A stretch of 64,000 nt of DNA, from positions 1 through 64,000 of the forward strand of contig MQRK01213424.1 of the NCBI GenBank assembly GCA_001938485.1, read 5' to 3'. Origin of the DNA: Girardia tigrina. Its lineage: Eukaryota. Below, one piece after another: positions 38,501 to 50,162 of this stretch. The notes beneath the pieces are model-generated. The model saw nothing but the letters and a program-made list of their open reading frames with translations. It was not told the origin of the DNA and made no database searches. The translations under genes and the position numbers were made by a program. Numbering within the stretch: position 1 is the first letter of the stretch; the number at the start of each line of letters is the position of its first letter.

Positions 38501-39519
38501 CAATTTGTTCGGAATAAATATCTCAGAAATAATATATATTTAGAATAATCATGAAATTATAATACACAAAAAATCAAATTTTAGTAATGATAAATAAAAA
38601 TTAATTAAGTTTCAAAAATGGAATTCCTAAAATTTCCAAAGGAAAAAAACTATCGATATTACTAATCAAATTCTTTTCTGTCGAATTTTTCTGTCAATAG
38701 AATTTCCCATTTCCAAAGAAAAAACAGTGTGTTTTGATCAGTGATTCAGCGAATCCAAATAGCGATTGAATCGCTCTCGCGTGTGCAGTGTTACATCACG
38801 CTATTCAAACTGACGATTGCACAGCGAATAGTGTGCACAAGTCGTTTTCTAATTCGATTTATTTCGCATAAAAAATGACACACTGTTAATTAGCGTGTGT
38901 ATCGCTTTAATGAGAATTAATTCAGGTGTCTTGCAGAGAAAATATTTCTTAGATTTGGCATCATATCGATTTTTATGTATTTATTTACTATGAATTCTGA
39001 TGTAATTTATTGACTGCATCTTAAATATTATTGTTATTATTATTAATAATACTATTATAATAAATAAATAGTCATTAATAAACCAATCATCAACTTACAT
39101 CATCGGTTATGACTTTAATATTTGGATCTGGTCCATCTCCATTCTCGTAATAACCCGCTAGAACTTTCACGTCGTTGTTCTCAGTATAGCAACTGACGAT
39201 TCCATCATTTCCCTAAAATCGACATTTTAAATTAATTTCAATAATTCATTAAATAAATTCTCACAAATGATTTATCCTCTGAGAATCCGATCAATATATA
39301 ACCATTATCACTGTACACATTTCCAATCATTTCAAATTCTATATAATCATGATCATTATAGCGAATTGGTTTCCATGTAATCCCGAATTCACAGTTGTCT
39401 TCGGTGCAGGCTTTCGATGTTTTGAAACACGCTTTCGTAATTTCACACTCATAGAATGACATCGATTCAATTGCGGTGCAAACATAAATTAATGATAAAA
39501 TCACTAATAATTTCTTCAT
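21612..39519 (-). CDS. FRRS1: Ferric-chelate reductase 1-like (signal peptide + DOMON + cytochrome b561), 465 aa, 7 exons
   Basis: Exons (minus) 39519-39265, 39212-39099, 31387-31143, 28195-27862, 26501-26243, 21857-21760 and 21704-21612; all GT-AG, with consistent phases (1398 nt). DOMON motifs YILIGFSEDKSFGND and LMCRFLR. The four b561 His lie in AKSHGILM, WFQFHRSLQ, KAHPILG and FNWFHFFIG. C-terminal TM present; no reeler domain. Confidence 0.9.
24156..25275 (-). mobile_element. TG...CA-bounded insertion (solo-LTR-like) carrying a beta-tubulin-derived ORF
   Basis: Begins TGGAAG (24156) and ends TTGAACA (25275). Flanked by ACCAT/ACCAC, a 5-bp TSD with one mismatch. Removal restores the pogo reading GNPKPPSKEL. 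Confidence 0.6.
24220..24749 (-). pseudogene. Divergent beta-tubulin N-terminal fragment with ~60-aa N-terminal extension
   Basis: QSCGNSIGTTFCKITIIEH...TGIYESDSDLQLRIIYVYF...GKCVPISVMVELNSTTLNYIMNSNLGKLFQPDYFIGGSSNDSNN aligns by eye to beta-tubulin GQCGNQIG...TGTYHGDSDLQLERINVYY...KYVPRAILVDLEPGTMD...GQIFRPDNFVFGQSGAGNN. Truncated before the GGGTGSG motif. Confidence 0.85.
26716..27216 (+). mobile_element. Internally deleted mariner element (~500 bp)
   Basis: TIR core TTAGATAAGTCCTTAGACTCG at both ends, TA flanks. N-terminal HTH remnant (SVIKLLVLKG...ATIYNWIREF) is fused to C-terminal WKKCVFEKGSYIEK*. Confidence 0.85.
27350..27700 (+). pseudogene. MULE/Mutator transposase remnant
   Basis: ASMNALKINF...RKVNQLGMK...FVVHVKLL*ALAPLTVNEVVDAF resembles the MULE domain and the helix that follows it. 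Confidence 0.55.
28570..29090 (-). pseudogene. Heavily decayed mariner transposase relic
   Basis: IYTCGEK*VTCDN (IVTxDEKW...YDN) and RKIMLTVWWTSRGIV motifs on the minus strand. Confidence 0.65.
29265..29393. repeat. (TA)n microsatellite complex (others at ~18358, 25168, 32486, 41630, 47400, 60549, 61629)
   Basis: Direct reading; several abut N gaps. Confidence 0.95.
32299..33783. repeat. 136-bp direct repeat pair (32299-32434 and 33647-33783)
   Basis: ATAGTTATTATGAAGAACAAAC...GTGGAATGATTGCT; the copies are identical except for one A in a homopolymer. Confidence 0.9.
34911..35032 (+). mobile_element. 5'-truncated RTE LINE 3' end with 10-bp TSD
   Basis: Matches the 20610-20720 copy, has a GAA tail, and is flanked by AATGATAAAA at 34901-34910 and 35033-35042. 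Confidence 0.85.
35974..36724 (-). mobile_element. Internally deleted hAT (Tip100/ZMYM1-like) element
   Basis: hAT C-terminal dimerization domain LTLPATTCTVEMSFSTLYRFKTWLRSTMVENRLNGL. Imperfect TIRs CATAGGCGCCC / GGGTACCCATG; inserted in (AT)n. Confidence 0.85.
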
Positions 39520-40387
39520 TGTTGACGAAATCAACTGATCGGAAAACGATTTGATTTTTTTGTGAAAATTAATCTAATAAACTAATTAAATTATTGCTAT
39601 TTATATGTCGCCTAAATTTATTTTATTGATGCGAATAAACAATTCTCGAGATTTTTTTAAGATTTAAAAAATCAATTACGTTTTATAAAATATTGATTAA
39701 ACATTTTAAAACGTTATTTATTTATTTATTTTTTCAAAAATTATTTTTTGATTTTTACTAATAAAGATTTTTGTATTATAATAGAGGTAATTATTATTTA
39801 AGGTAATCTATTCTAAAAAATATTTTTCTTCGGATCAATACTTTTAATTTCCTTTTTTAAATGTGTTATTAAATCTCAAATTATTTATTAGAACAATTTT
39901 ACAATATGATATACATTTAGACTATTTTTTAAAATAAACCAAAGACAAGTTTATAAAAATGTTAGTAATGTTTATTTTAAAAGCACTGACACATTTACTA
40001 TGAAAACATTCATTAACATCTTATTTAGTCATCACAACTTCCTAAAGATCTTTCACAATTTGACGTCATTCTAATTGGGTTTTTATTTGTCATTTTAAAA
40101 ATGATTATTTGAACTATTTTTTATCTATCTAAAATATTTATAATCTTTTAGTTTCAAAAATATTTATTAAAATTAATCTTTCCGCTAGTATTGAAACCTC
40201 TGAATGTAGTTAAATTATTTTAACACCATTACATTATAAGAACTTGAAATATTCTAATTTCTATTTTAATTTATTTTAAAAATATTTTATGAAAATATAA
40301 AAATGTCTTTAAATTCAAATGTAATTATTTTTAAACTTTCTAGACAAAAATGTTACAAAAACTCTACTTTAAAATGTTATAAAATTA

Positions 40388-41623
40388 CACTGGGTAACAA
40401 AAAAATATTTTTTGAAAATCGTCCAATTTTGATTCTCTGAGTTCAAAAATGATCTTAGTTTTGCTCAATCAGTTCAGTTTTTTGTTACAGAAATTTAAAA
40501 AAAATCGATTTTTATTTAAAGAGAAATTTATGCGGTTTATCAGCTAAGCAAACCTATGGTTTCCACGTGGGCACTGTAGCGTATTCCTGAAATTTTGGAA
40601 CTCTGTCATTTATGAGCTGCTATATCTGCGGGCCATCGAAAATGCAGGCTTTCAGCTTCTCAATCGTCAGTTGAGGAAAGACTCGGCACTGATGGTTGAA
40701 ATACCTCCCATCCTTGTCCAGAACGTGCGTAAACTGTTTTATTAATCCAAGCTTCATGTGTAGCGGGTAGATCAATTTCTTCTCCCAGTCAACAAGAGGT
40801 TCGTCTAAGATGTTTTCTTTCTTTACAAAGTGCAGGGCTCTGTCTCGACTTTCCCACATACTTATAAAGCATGAGTACTTCGTGAACCCTGACTGCTGAC
40901 CAAGTAGAAAGTTTACCATCTTGAAGTCGACGCAGATCATTCATTGGTGCTGCTCATAATGGATTTTGCCGAGCAAGTACTTCACTGCGTCATATTTTTC
41001 TCTGAGAGTTGTGGAGTGCGCAAGAGGGATTGAGACGAACTGGTTCACGATGTGGAGGAGCACCCATTTCAAAGAGAGCTTGCAGCTGTCAATGAAGAGT
41101 CTCCAATCTCTCTGATCGTATTGAGGAGTGCAAAGTTTAACAACAAAACTGACGACATTTTGGCAGTACCCAAGGTGTTTCTCCTGGCAAAAGTAGCCCA
41201 TGTAGTCCCCATGCTTTCTACCAAAAAAAAAGTGATACGCGCGTCCTTGACAAGTAGATTTTTCTCTTTGATTCTGAAGGCCAACAGCTCGGAAGAAGTC
41301 TTTGACAAGCTGAGATCCCAAACCTGATCATTAAAATCACATTGTGAAAAGGGCTGCGGAAAATCTTGTGCTTCATAGTCCTCTTCTATATATCCTCGTC
41401 CTTGTGGTTGGGAAGCTCTGTAAACGTGATGTTCTTCTGATCCCCTGAGAGTGTGTATTCACCACAAATGTAACAGAAAACGTCAGGGTTATTCCTGCAT
41501 GACCGTCGTGCCGAAGCCATCACAATAAACTGAAAGGAAAAAGAAAAATGCAGCTGAGTGTCAAACAATGAAATTTATAATCAATTTGATTCGTTAAGGG
41601 TTAATTAAGTACATTTTGAATTG

Positions 41624-41677
<54 letters not shown>

Positions 41678-41813
41678 GCCAGGTTGGCCTATGGCTGTAT
41701 CTCAAAAAGTTGACCTGATAGAGTAAAATCAATATGATATTCGGACTCAGAACACCAAAATTAATCTAAATCGGCTCAGAAAGCCCTGACGATTTTTTGG
41801 CTGTTACCAAGTG
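40388..41813 (-). mobile_element. Chapaev3-like (CMC) DNA transposon, deleted and frameshifted
   Basis: TTA|CACTGGGTAACA ... TGTTACCAAGTG|TTA (3-bp TWA TSD). Transposase motifs CRNNPDVFCYICGE, WRLFIDSCKLSLKWVLLH, ICVDFKMVNFLLGQQSGFTK, PLHMKLGLIKQF and IFDGPQI. Confidence 0.8.
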
Positions 41814-42039
41814 TTATAGATGGTTATATTTTAATTAAAAAAATGTAAATATCATTTCTTTAGAATATATTAATTTAAATAGTTCTCTTTTAAAAATTAG
41901 TTATATTAAAATTGATTTTAATTGTTTATTCAAAAACTCAAAATTATTAGATTTCTTTCTTAGACTTCCTGATAGTTCTAAGAAAGAAATCAAAGTATTA
42001 TTAGATATTAATACTGAAGGACCTACGCTACGCACTACC

Positions 42040-43398
42040 GAAGGATCTTTTTCTACAAAATAATTTTCTAATTTGTTAGCTAAAGCTATTCCTTCTTACA
42101 GATCAATTAAATTTAAAAAAGCAACCGATGCAATGTTACAAATATTTTCGGAATCATCGTCGTGATTGGAAGTGGAGATATTTAATAGTTTAATTAGTTT
42201 TGCCTCATTAAAAGTTTGTTCTTCAAGTAGTTCTCGAACATTTTTAATGTTCATATCTGAAAATCCGTCCTCTTCTAAATTAGAAGCAACTGATATTATT
42301 CTGTTATATTCTGCTTCCTCAAATGGGACAAAGTTTCCTTTTTGAAACATTTGTGGTAACAAAGGCTTCCAACACGCATGGATTGTAGACGGTTTTAATT
42401 CCTTGCGAGCCAAATCTATAATTTCAACACAATCTACAATAGAAAACTTTCCAAGCTTGAATAAGCCGTACATTTTTATCGTTTTTCAGTCTCTCGAAAA
42501 TTTTTTGGAATGCTAATCGTATATAGTATGCCTTAAATGTTGAAATGATTCCTTGATCTAATTGTTGGATTAATGACATACAATTTGGAGGAAAAAACAC
42601 AACTTTCACATTTTGCTGATTAAACTCTATACTGTGACTGCCTGCATTGTCAATGAACAATAAAACTTTAAAGTTCAAATTTTTTTTCTTCAAAAACCTT
42701 TCTACTTCTTGAATAAAACAATTTTTAAACCAGTCCTCAAACAAATTTTGCGCCATTCAGCCCTTTTTATTTCCTCACCAAAAGACTGGTAGATTAGACT
42801 TATCTAGGTTTTTCATTGCTCTGGGATTCAAGGAACAATTTATTATCATTGGATTTACTAAAAAAATTCCCGATAGATTACTACACATGTGAAGAGTAAC
42901 ACAATCTTTACAAAGTTTATAACCTGGTGCTTGTTTCTCAGTTTTTGAAATAAAAGTTCGAGACGGAAGTTTCTTCCAGTACAAAGCTGTCTCATCGGTG
43001 TTGAAAATTTGATCTGTAGAATATTCTTCCTCTTCAATAATTTGTGATACTTCCTGTATAAATTTTTGGACAGCCTCAACATCTGCTGAAGCTTGCTCTC
43101 CTTGAAATTTTACATTGCACAAAGAAAAATTTATTTTAATTTTCAAACCATCCTTTACTTGTCATAAATGATAAATTCCCCTAATTCAATACAATTAAAA
43201 AATACAGTTTGGATTTCCCCCTTAATGAACGAAAATGAAATTAAATTTTTTAAAATTGTGTTATATCAAAACCGTGTAATATTAAATTCAATTTCTGTAC
43301 CGTGTAATATCGAATTCGTGTTAAAGTGATCGAAAATTTTGAACCGTGTAATATCGAAACCATGTTTTACAAGTACCATGTTATACGAGGGACACCTG
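42040..43398 (-). mobile_element. Tigger/pogo-like element with frameshifted DDE transposase
   Basis: GEQASAD...QIFNTDETALYWK...LLFIDNAGSH...FFPPNCMSLIQQLDQGII. 5' TIR TA|CAGGTGTCCCTCGTATAAC, with CCGTGTAATATCGAA subterminal repeats at 43255-43390. Confidence 0.88.
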
Positions 43399-44199
43399 TA
43401 TTTGAAACATTTTTTGTAACTCTTTATAATTCTTCATCCAGAAAATATAATAATGTTAATATTGGATTTCAATTTCGTTTTCTGAATTTTCGTTTCACAA
43501 AAATTCTTTACACTTATTTTATAACTTTAATAAATAATTTCAAATGAATATACAAATATATACAATTTTCGAATATACAAAAAATTAATATTTCAAATAA
43601 TTTCTATCTTTAAAAATTTTCCACCTGGCTTTTCAGTTCCTATCAGTTTTAATTAAAGTTTTTCTCTATTTAATGTTTTAACGTGTTCACGAAATTTATT
43701 GTTCATTTTGAAGATAAGCACGATTTGCAGATGATTTATCTCAAAACTCTTTCAAATATTTATGAAAAATCAAATATTCAATAATTTTACAGGGTATTTG
43801 GTAAATAAAAAGACAGATTTAAAAAAAGGGACAAATTTCAGAATTAGAGACAGATTTCTTTTATAAGAAAAGACTTTATTTTAAAATCGAAAAATATTTG
43901 TAAAAATAAAAAATAATAATAAAATAAAACATAAAATATCTATAAAATATATCAAACCAGACAAAAATTATTTTCCAACAGTTTTCAAAACTACAAAATT
44001 TTTAATTTACATAACAATTCTTTAAAAACAAATTCTTTATTCACGTAAACTGTAAAGCTTTGAATATGGATTCAAAACATATTCTTTTTACTTTTCAAAC
44101 CGTAAAAATATTCAACAGTAAACATGGGATACAAAACAGACAAGATACAATTATTTGAATTGTAAATACGAAGAAACACAAATAAAAAATACGTACCAT

Positions 44200-45000
44200 T
44201 AGAAAATTGAACCTTATGTTTTAATCTGGTTGTCAATTAGTGATTAAATGGCACGTTTCCCAGAAAAGTCGATAAAGATCCTGTAAGTCAATAATTGTTT
44301 CCAAATTTGCAACTAATATATCCTTTCTGGTTGCCCGGCATTTCACATTACTACAATATCGCGACCTTATCATCGAGAAAACATTTTCGATCGGGTTAAG
44401 ATCTGGTGAATTAGAGGGTAGAAATGAACCTCGATGTTAATATTTTCAAAATATGATAATATTTCAGAACAATGATGAAATCTAACATTATCAAGTATAA
44501 TAATGGGATTACCAGCAAAACCCCCGATTTCTCTCGATTGTTCAAAGAACTCCAAAAAACGGTCCGATTAAACGCATTTTGTAATTTTTACACCGAATAT
44601 TTGATATGATTGTACACTGATACATTTCTCCCTTGCGATTGTAATTAATATAGAACCACATCGTAGTTTACAGTGAAATATCCTCAATTACCAGTTTTGT
44701 GCAAATTGAATCCAGTCTCGAAACAGGACTCTTCTGTTTGCTAAACTCAACATTTGAGCACAAAATGTTCTTAAAAGAATATTACTTTCTTTCAATATTA
44801 CGTTAGATCTTTTTTTAAACCTTTTTCGTGTAATTACTGCCGATTTAAATTAGCGAGGAAGAGATGTTTAAATTAAATGCTTGTCGACAGCCTTTGGTGA
44901 TAAGTGAAGTATCACAGAAATTTGTTTTCTGATATAAGCACGAAGTTCTGCCTTGTTTGATCTCTTTCCTCCTGCCTTTGCAAAATAATCTGTAAAATTT
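44200..45000 (-). pseudogene. IS630/Tc1-like transposase relic
   Basis: IIILDNVRFHH followed, with a frameshift, by PSNSPDLNPIENVF. Confidence 0.65.
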
Positions 45001-45461
45001 ATGTTTGGATTTCGAAAATCTTCAATCTTTTTATCGCTTTACACACTTCATTCTTGCTTAATTGAGTTGCGAAACCAAGATCGGTTGTTTTCATGGTGCG
45101 GTAGTATTAAATTTTTCTTCGTTTACTACAACCTTAGTTTTTCTAATTCTTTCCTACCAATTACATTACAGGAACCACTTTAATTATTTTTTAATACCAA
45201 ACAATTATAGTTAAAATCAAAAAATGGATTTTCCTTTCTTTTTATATACTTGCTTTGGTGTCATCTTGTCCCGTAAAGCTGTGGAGCAGGGTAGTTGTAT
45301 TTTCTTTAACGTATTGATTGTACAAATCAAATGATTTTAAAAAGTTAATTTTAATTTTTTGGCAAAAATCATTTTACAATTATCTTCAAATGTTTAAATA
45401 GCCTGTTTTGCAATTTTATCCAACGTAACAAAAATTAACAAAACAAATTACATCACAATTT

Positions 45462-45937
45462 TTATCTCACCAATTGATACAACCAATTGTAATCAATGGC
45501 CGCAGTTGGGTACATCGGATCTCGTCCGATCTGACTACAAGTCAGGTCAGGCAATCTGTATGCTACAGGTACCATGTAAACCTGTAATACCTGTCCCATG
45601 GTCGAATGGTTGGCAAATAAACCGGCTGCCTCACCCAGAGCAACCTGGGTGAAGAGGTGTGTGGACACCTAGCAGGATGAAAAACAAAAACTAGCGTGAC
45701 TCGTCATCAAAAAACTTTCCCGATCGCAACAACCCGAGTGACGCTGGTTCATACAACAAAAGCCTATAGAAAAAAGAAAATGATGGTGTTGAGGTAGAGA
45801 CAAAAAAGACGTGTTTTTTCTATCAACAGTTCATGGTGCAACCATGATTGAATTAGACAACGGAAAACAGCGGCCAACCGTGGCTCATGACTAAAATTTT
45901 ACGATGGGTGGTATTGACCGTGTGGTTATAACAATAA
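45462..45937 (+). mobile_element. GC-richer, hairpin-dense ~480-bp element; possibly a non-autonomous RTE derivative
   Basis: Serial perfect hairpins (ATCGGA/TCCGAT, CTGAC/GTCAG, TCACCCAG/CTGGGTGA, AGGTGT/ACACCT) and a TAA-like tail. The family assignment is inference. Confidence 0.4.
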
Positions 45938-46615
45938 ACAAGTTAATAAAAAGTCTAGTGACAATTTAAGCGCAATTTCCTTATGTTATTCGGTGCCAAA
46001 ATATTAAAACGTTTATATCAGTATTTGACTATGATTAATTTTTTGTGACCGAACGAAAGGATATTTTTGAAAACTTTCTTCTGCAATATTGTTCTAAATT
46101 ATTGCAGGAATCGATTGGTAAATGTTTCAAGTCCTATATAAAATTAATTAAAATTAATTAATTAATCCATATGAAATTAATATTTGTCTATTAATTATTA
46201 AAACGTTTATATCAGTATTTGACTATGATTAATTATTTGTGACCCAACGAAAGGATATTTTTTAAAACTTTCTTCGGCAATATTGTTCTAAATTATTGCA
46301 GGAATCGATTGGTAAATGTTTCAAGTCGCTAAGTGGTCTGGTTGCCGAGATATAGACCAAAAACAGCATTTTTTCGAGGTTTTTTTGACTTTTCCGGGAA
46401 ATCCAGGAATGAATTCCGGGAATTTTTTTGGCCCACAATCATCCTCCGAACTTGCTTAACATATTTGCTTTTGGAACTAGCCCTCGATATTGCTTCGTTG
46501 AGGAGGAGATACGACTTAAAGCTGCGGACACACATCCATCCATCCATCCACACAGAAATAACCAATTAATAATCGCAATTGTTAGTATGGAAATTGCGCC
46601 AAAAACCTGGTGATT
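45938..46615. mobile_element. Non-autonomous element with subterminal IRs, internal tandem duplication and (CATC)n; DINE-1/Helentron-like
   Basis: GCGCAATTTCC (~45970) and GGAAATTGCGC (~46590) are inverted; ~130-bp duplication at 46003-46133 / 46197-46327; CATCCATCCATCC near 46533-46549. Confidence 0.45.
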
Positions 46616-47019
46616 TTTTTACTTACTTAGTAGAACAAACCTAAGGTACGGTGGCTAAAGGAGTATTTATTTCGAAGGGTATAAATATTCCATTGGCTTC
46701 CTTGTGGTCGACAATAACAGCTATAAGCGGCTCGCGCGAGCCATTTGTTAAATGGTTTTATCATTTACGAGCCCGTTGTTCTTTTCAGTAACTACTTGTA
46801 TTATGTTATACGTATTAATTGTTGTATTGATTATTAATATATATTTTGTTTGAAATAAACCATTATTAAACCATGATTTTCTTTTTTATGTCAGTCGCAA
46901 TGAAACACTGTTACAGTACTAGTTCTTACGATTCGCGAGAAAAAAAAGAGCGAGCCCATTGTTAAAAATTTCATAGCTCACTACTGATTACAACTGAAAT
47001 CAAAGGTTGAAAGCAAATT

Positions 47020-47396
47020 GTTGGGTTCTTGATCAATATTATAATTCATTAACACCAAAAATTTATTAATAACACAAATAACAATTATTTAAACAATTTT
47101 TCTTGAGGAACTTTCGTTGTCTTTTTTTTGACCAAATTTCTTATACATAAAAATATGGAGTTATAAATAATGATAAGCTATTTATTAAAATGAGATTTTA
47201 GAAATTATTATTTTTATTATTTACAATTCACAAATTTAAAATGTAAAACTATTATTTTTTATTTTAGAAATAAAATTCTCAACTTTAAAATACAAAATAT
47301 TATTTTTATTTTAGAAATACAAAAATATTTAGTAATATTTAAATTTATTATTATTTAATAGAGATTCAGTAATTATAAAATTTTAATGGCAGTTTT

Positions 47397-47437
<41 letters not shown>

Positions 47438-47751
47438 TTTATTAATTATTTATCGAATTTTAATTTGCAGAATTTCTAACTGGTTTTTAAATCTAAATTA
47501 TTTTTTTATTGCATCTCTGACAACAAAAATTTCATAAAGTTATTCTTCGGAATAATTTTTAAAATAAATGCAAAATAATTAAAATTCAATTATTTATAAA
47601 AATAACTCTTTTTTTACATTAATTAAGATATTTAGTTATAACTGTTTTAGAACTTTTGATTTTAAATATTTTTCTTAATTTAGAGATTATTTACAAAAAT
47701 TAATTATTCAAAAATTTAAAGAATGAGCCCGTCCTTCACACAAATAACTAG
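47020..47751 (+). repeat. AT-rich dispersed repeat with Helitron-like 3' end
   Basis: Second copy at 22965-25990 (-). Ends GAGCCCGTCCTTCACACAAATAACTAG|T (degenerate hairpin + CTAG). Confidence 0.5.
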
Positions 47752-48933
47752 TTAATACTGGTAAAATAAATCATAGACAAAGAATAATAAAACTAATGTT
47801 CTTTTTGAGCAACAATATATTTAAATCATCCAATTTACGGTCAGAACAATGTGCCGAAAGAGAATTAAAACAAATATTAAAGTCTTATTCAAAAAAATAT
47901 ATATAAAGATATTTACAAGACAAATTGTATTTGAGAATTTCCCATAAAATTTTGTAAAAAATATATTAAATGATTTCAAAACACTAAAGAATTTATTTCT
48001 TAATATTCTCCAAGCAATAACAACTCAGTCCTCAGATGAAAGAGTGACTAATATAGAAATACGGTTGATTCTCATAACGGTTGTAATTGGATCCGTATTT
48101 GGGAAAAAGTGTGTCCTTGAAGCTTGAGAATTTTGAGTTAGTAAATATGTCCGTTGCTAAACGCTCATCCTTTTAGAAAAACAAAATAAAACATTTAACG
48201 CTCCATTTTTTTCATTACCTTCCTTAAAACGTCATTTAATAGCGCTTTCGCCTCTACCCCATAAGCACCTTCAGACATTGCTGTAGGTATTCTCTGTAAA
48301 AGGAGAGCCGAGTGATAACATGTATATGCAGAAGAAAAACTAAATTTGGAAATAAGTGGACCATCAATCAATTAAAACAAGCACAAAAATGTAAATCAAT
48401 AAAATTCTCAATTTGAGATTTCTGAATTATCATATTAAATATGTTAAAATATAATCAGATCTTGGTAAAGAATAGCGAAAATAAAACAGAAGAAGAAACT
48501 CTTAGGTCTGATAGTTTTATCATTCGATGAAAGGTATTTTAAGCAGTAACACAATACTATGTATTATGGACACTAATTGGATTTTCATTACATTTATTGG
48601 TATCACAACTTGAATTGCCACTAGGACAATTCTCCACAAAACTTGTGTAACTAGTCATCGTTCTTGATTGATAAAATTTTTAATAATATTTCTAAACGTC
48701 TTTGTGAGGAATATTTTAAATTGCTTGAATGTGTGAAAGTATTGATATTGTATATTGATTTGAGTATGGTGAAATTAGAATGGTGATTCTCCCCACAGGT
48801 TGGAAATTGGTATTTTTTTTAATTTAAAGTGATTGACTATTCGAACACAATTAAAATAATAATTTGATAAGTTTACATTTTTAAAATTAACAATTAAAAT
48901 CAAGAACGCCATTAAAAAAAATAAAATTTTATT

Positions 48934-48970
48934 GCAAGATATTTCGGTGGATTTTCCCCCATCTTCAGGC
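48934..48970 (-). ncRNA. Minimal type I hammerhead ribozyme motif (PLE pLTR)
   Basis: GC CUGAAGA U GGGGG-AAAAU-CCACC GAAA UAUC UU|GC AAUAAA. Confidence 0.65.
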
Positions 48971-49734
48971 TGATTTAACAATATTTTTGCTGTCTTATAT
49001 ATAGAAAATTGATGATTATGTAAAAATCTTGCGCAATAACTAATTAAATATTTTCAACAAAGTGGAAGAGAGACTTATTTGGACATTAATGAACGAATTA
49101 AGTGATTTAATCAATAATGCCTCACAAGAACTTCTTCCCAGTATTTTTTAAAATTACTCCACAATATTTTAAAATTAGTTGTTTTCACCTCCGATCTACA
49201 AACTTTCATATGTCCAGCAAGATTACTACCATTACCCAATCGCCCATGCTCCTGAATCCGTTTACAGATATGACGAGATGTCTCTACAATGTATGGGGTG
49301 TTGCAACCACTACACGAAAATTGATAAACCAGATTGGAACATAAACTCAAAGGAGTATGAGATTTAATTGCTGAACATACTTTGAATTTTGTAAGATATA
49401 GAAACGATTTTAAATTTAAATCTTTACTATCGATTGATTTTAAAATAGACGATTTAAATATTTCGAACCTTCTGAATAAGGAACGATTAGCGTATATTCA
49501 AAATTAGAATTTCCATTAGATAATTTGTCGGGTTTTAATTCGTCCTTACCCTCATGTTCTTTATTCATTAATTTATCTATCGTCTCATTAGTTAGTTTCT
49601 CTAAAAATTATTTTGAAAAGCTATTTTTCTGCAATAGTTCTTGTATCTGCTTTTGTTGATGACCATTACGTAAATATCTTTGCATAATCATAAATTTGCT
49701 ATATATATAAGACAGCGAAATTGTTGTTAATTCA

Positions 49735-49770
49735 GCCTGAAGATGGTGGAAAACCCACCGAATATAATGC
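49735..49770 (+). ncRNA. Minimal hammerhead motif, degenerate copy in the inverted pLTR
   Basis: GC CUGAAGA U GGUGG-AAAAC-CCACC GAA- UAUA AU GC; one A of GAAA is missing. Confidence 0.5.
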
Positions 49771-50162
49771 AATAAAATTTGAATTTTTAATGGCCTTCTT
49801 GATTTTAATAAAAATTTGCCATTATTTTTTAAATTTCTTACAAAGAATTTAAATTAAGTTTAATATTTTTTAATAAAATTTAAATTAAATTCATTTTCAA
49901 TAATTTGGTAACATTTTTATTATTTTGGGTTTTTATTAATAAATGGTTTAAATTATTACTTTTAATTAATATTTCAGAAATTAAATATTTTTAAAAGATT
50001 TAGAAAAAAATGTTCGAACAATCATGGTTAAAAATAAAAAAATAATAAAACCAATTAGAGCGATGTCAAACGGTGAAAGACCTTCTGAGAGTTGTAATGA
50101 CTCTAAATGTGATAGTAACAAAAATTCAAATGAGAATTATCTCAATGTTCTTAATAGTCTTA

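Larger units (their letters stand above)
48890..49810 (-). mobile_element. Penelope-like element, 5'-truncated, with inverted pLTR
   Basis: GIY-YIG endonuclease NLVYQFSCSGCNTPYIVETSRHICKRIQEH; linker QELLQKNSFS...LIVPYSEG. The 3' segment 48890-49025 is repeated in inverted orientation at 49682-49808. Confidence 0.88.

Noticed and set aside
15055-39519. SelW + ferric reductase (+ NDUFA10-like) as a redox gene cluster
   Set aside because: Convergent genes 6 kb apart separated by transposons; adjacency alone is not evidence without synteny or co-expression.
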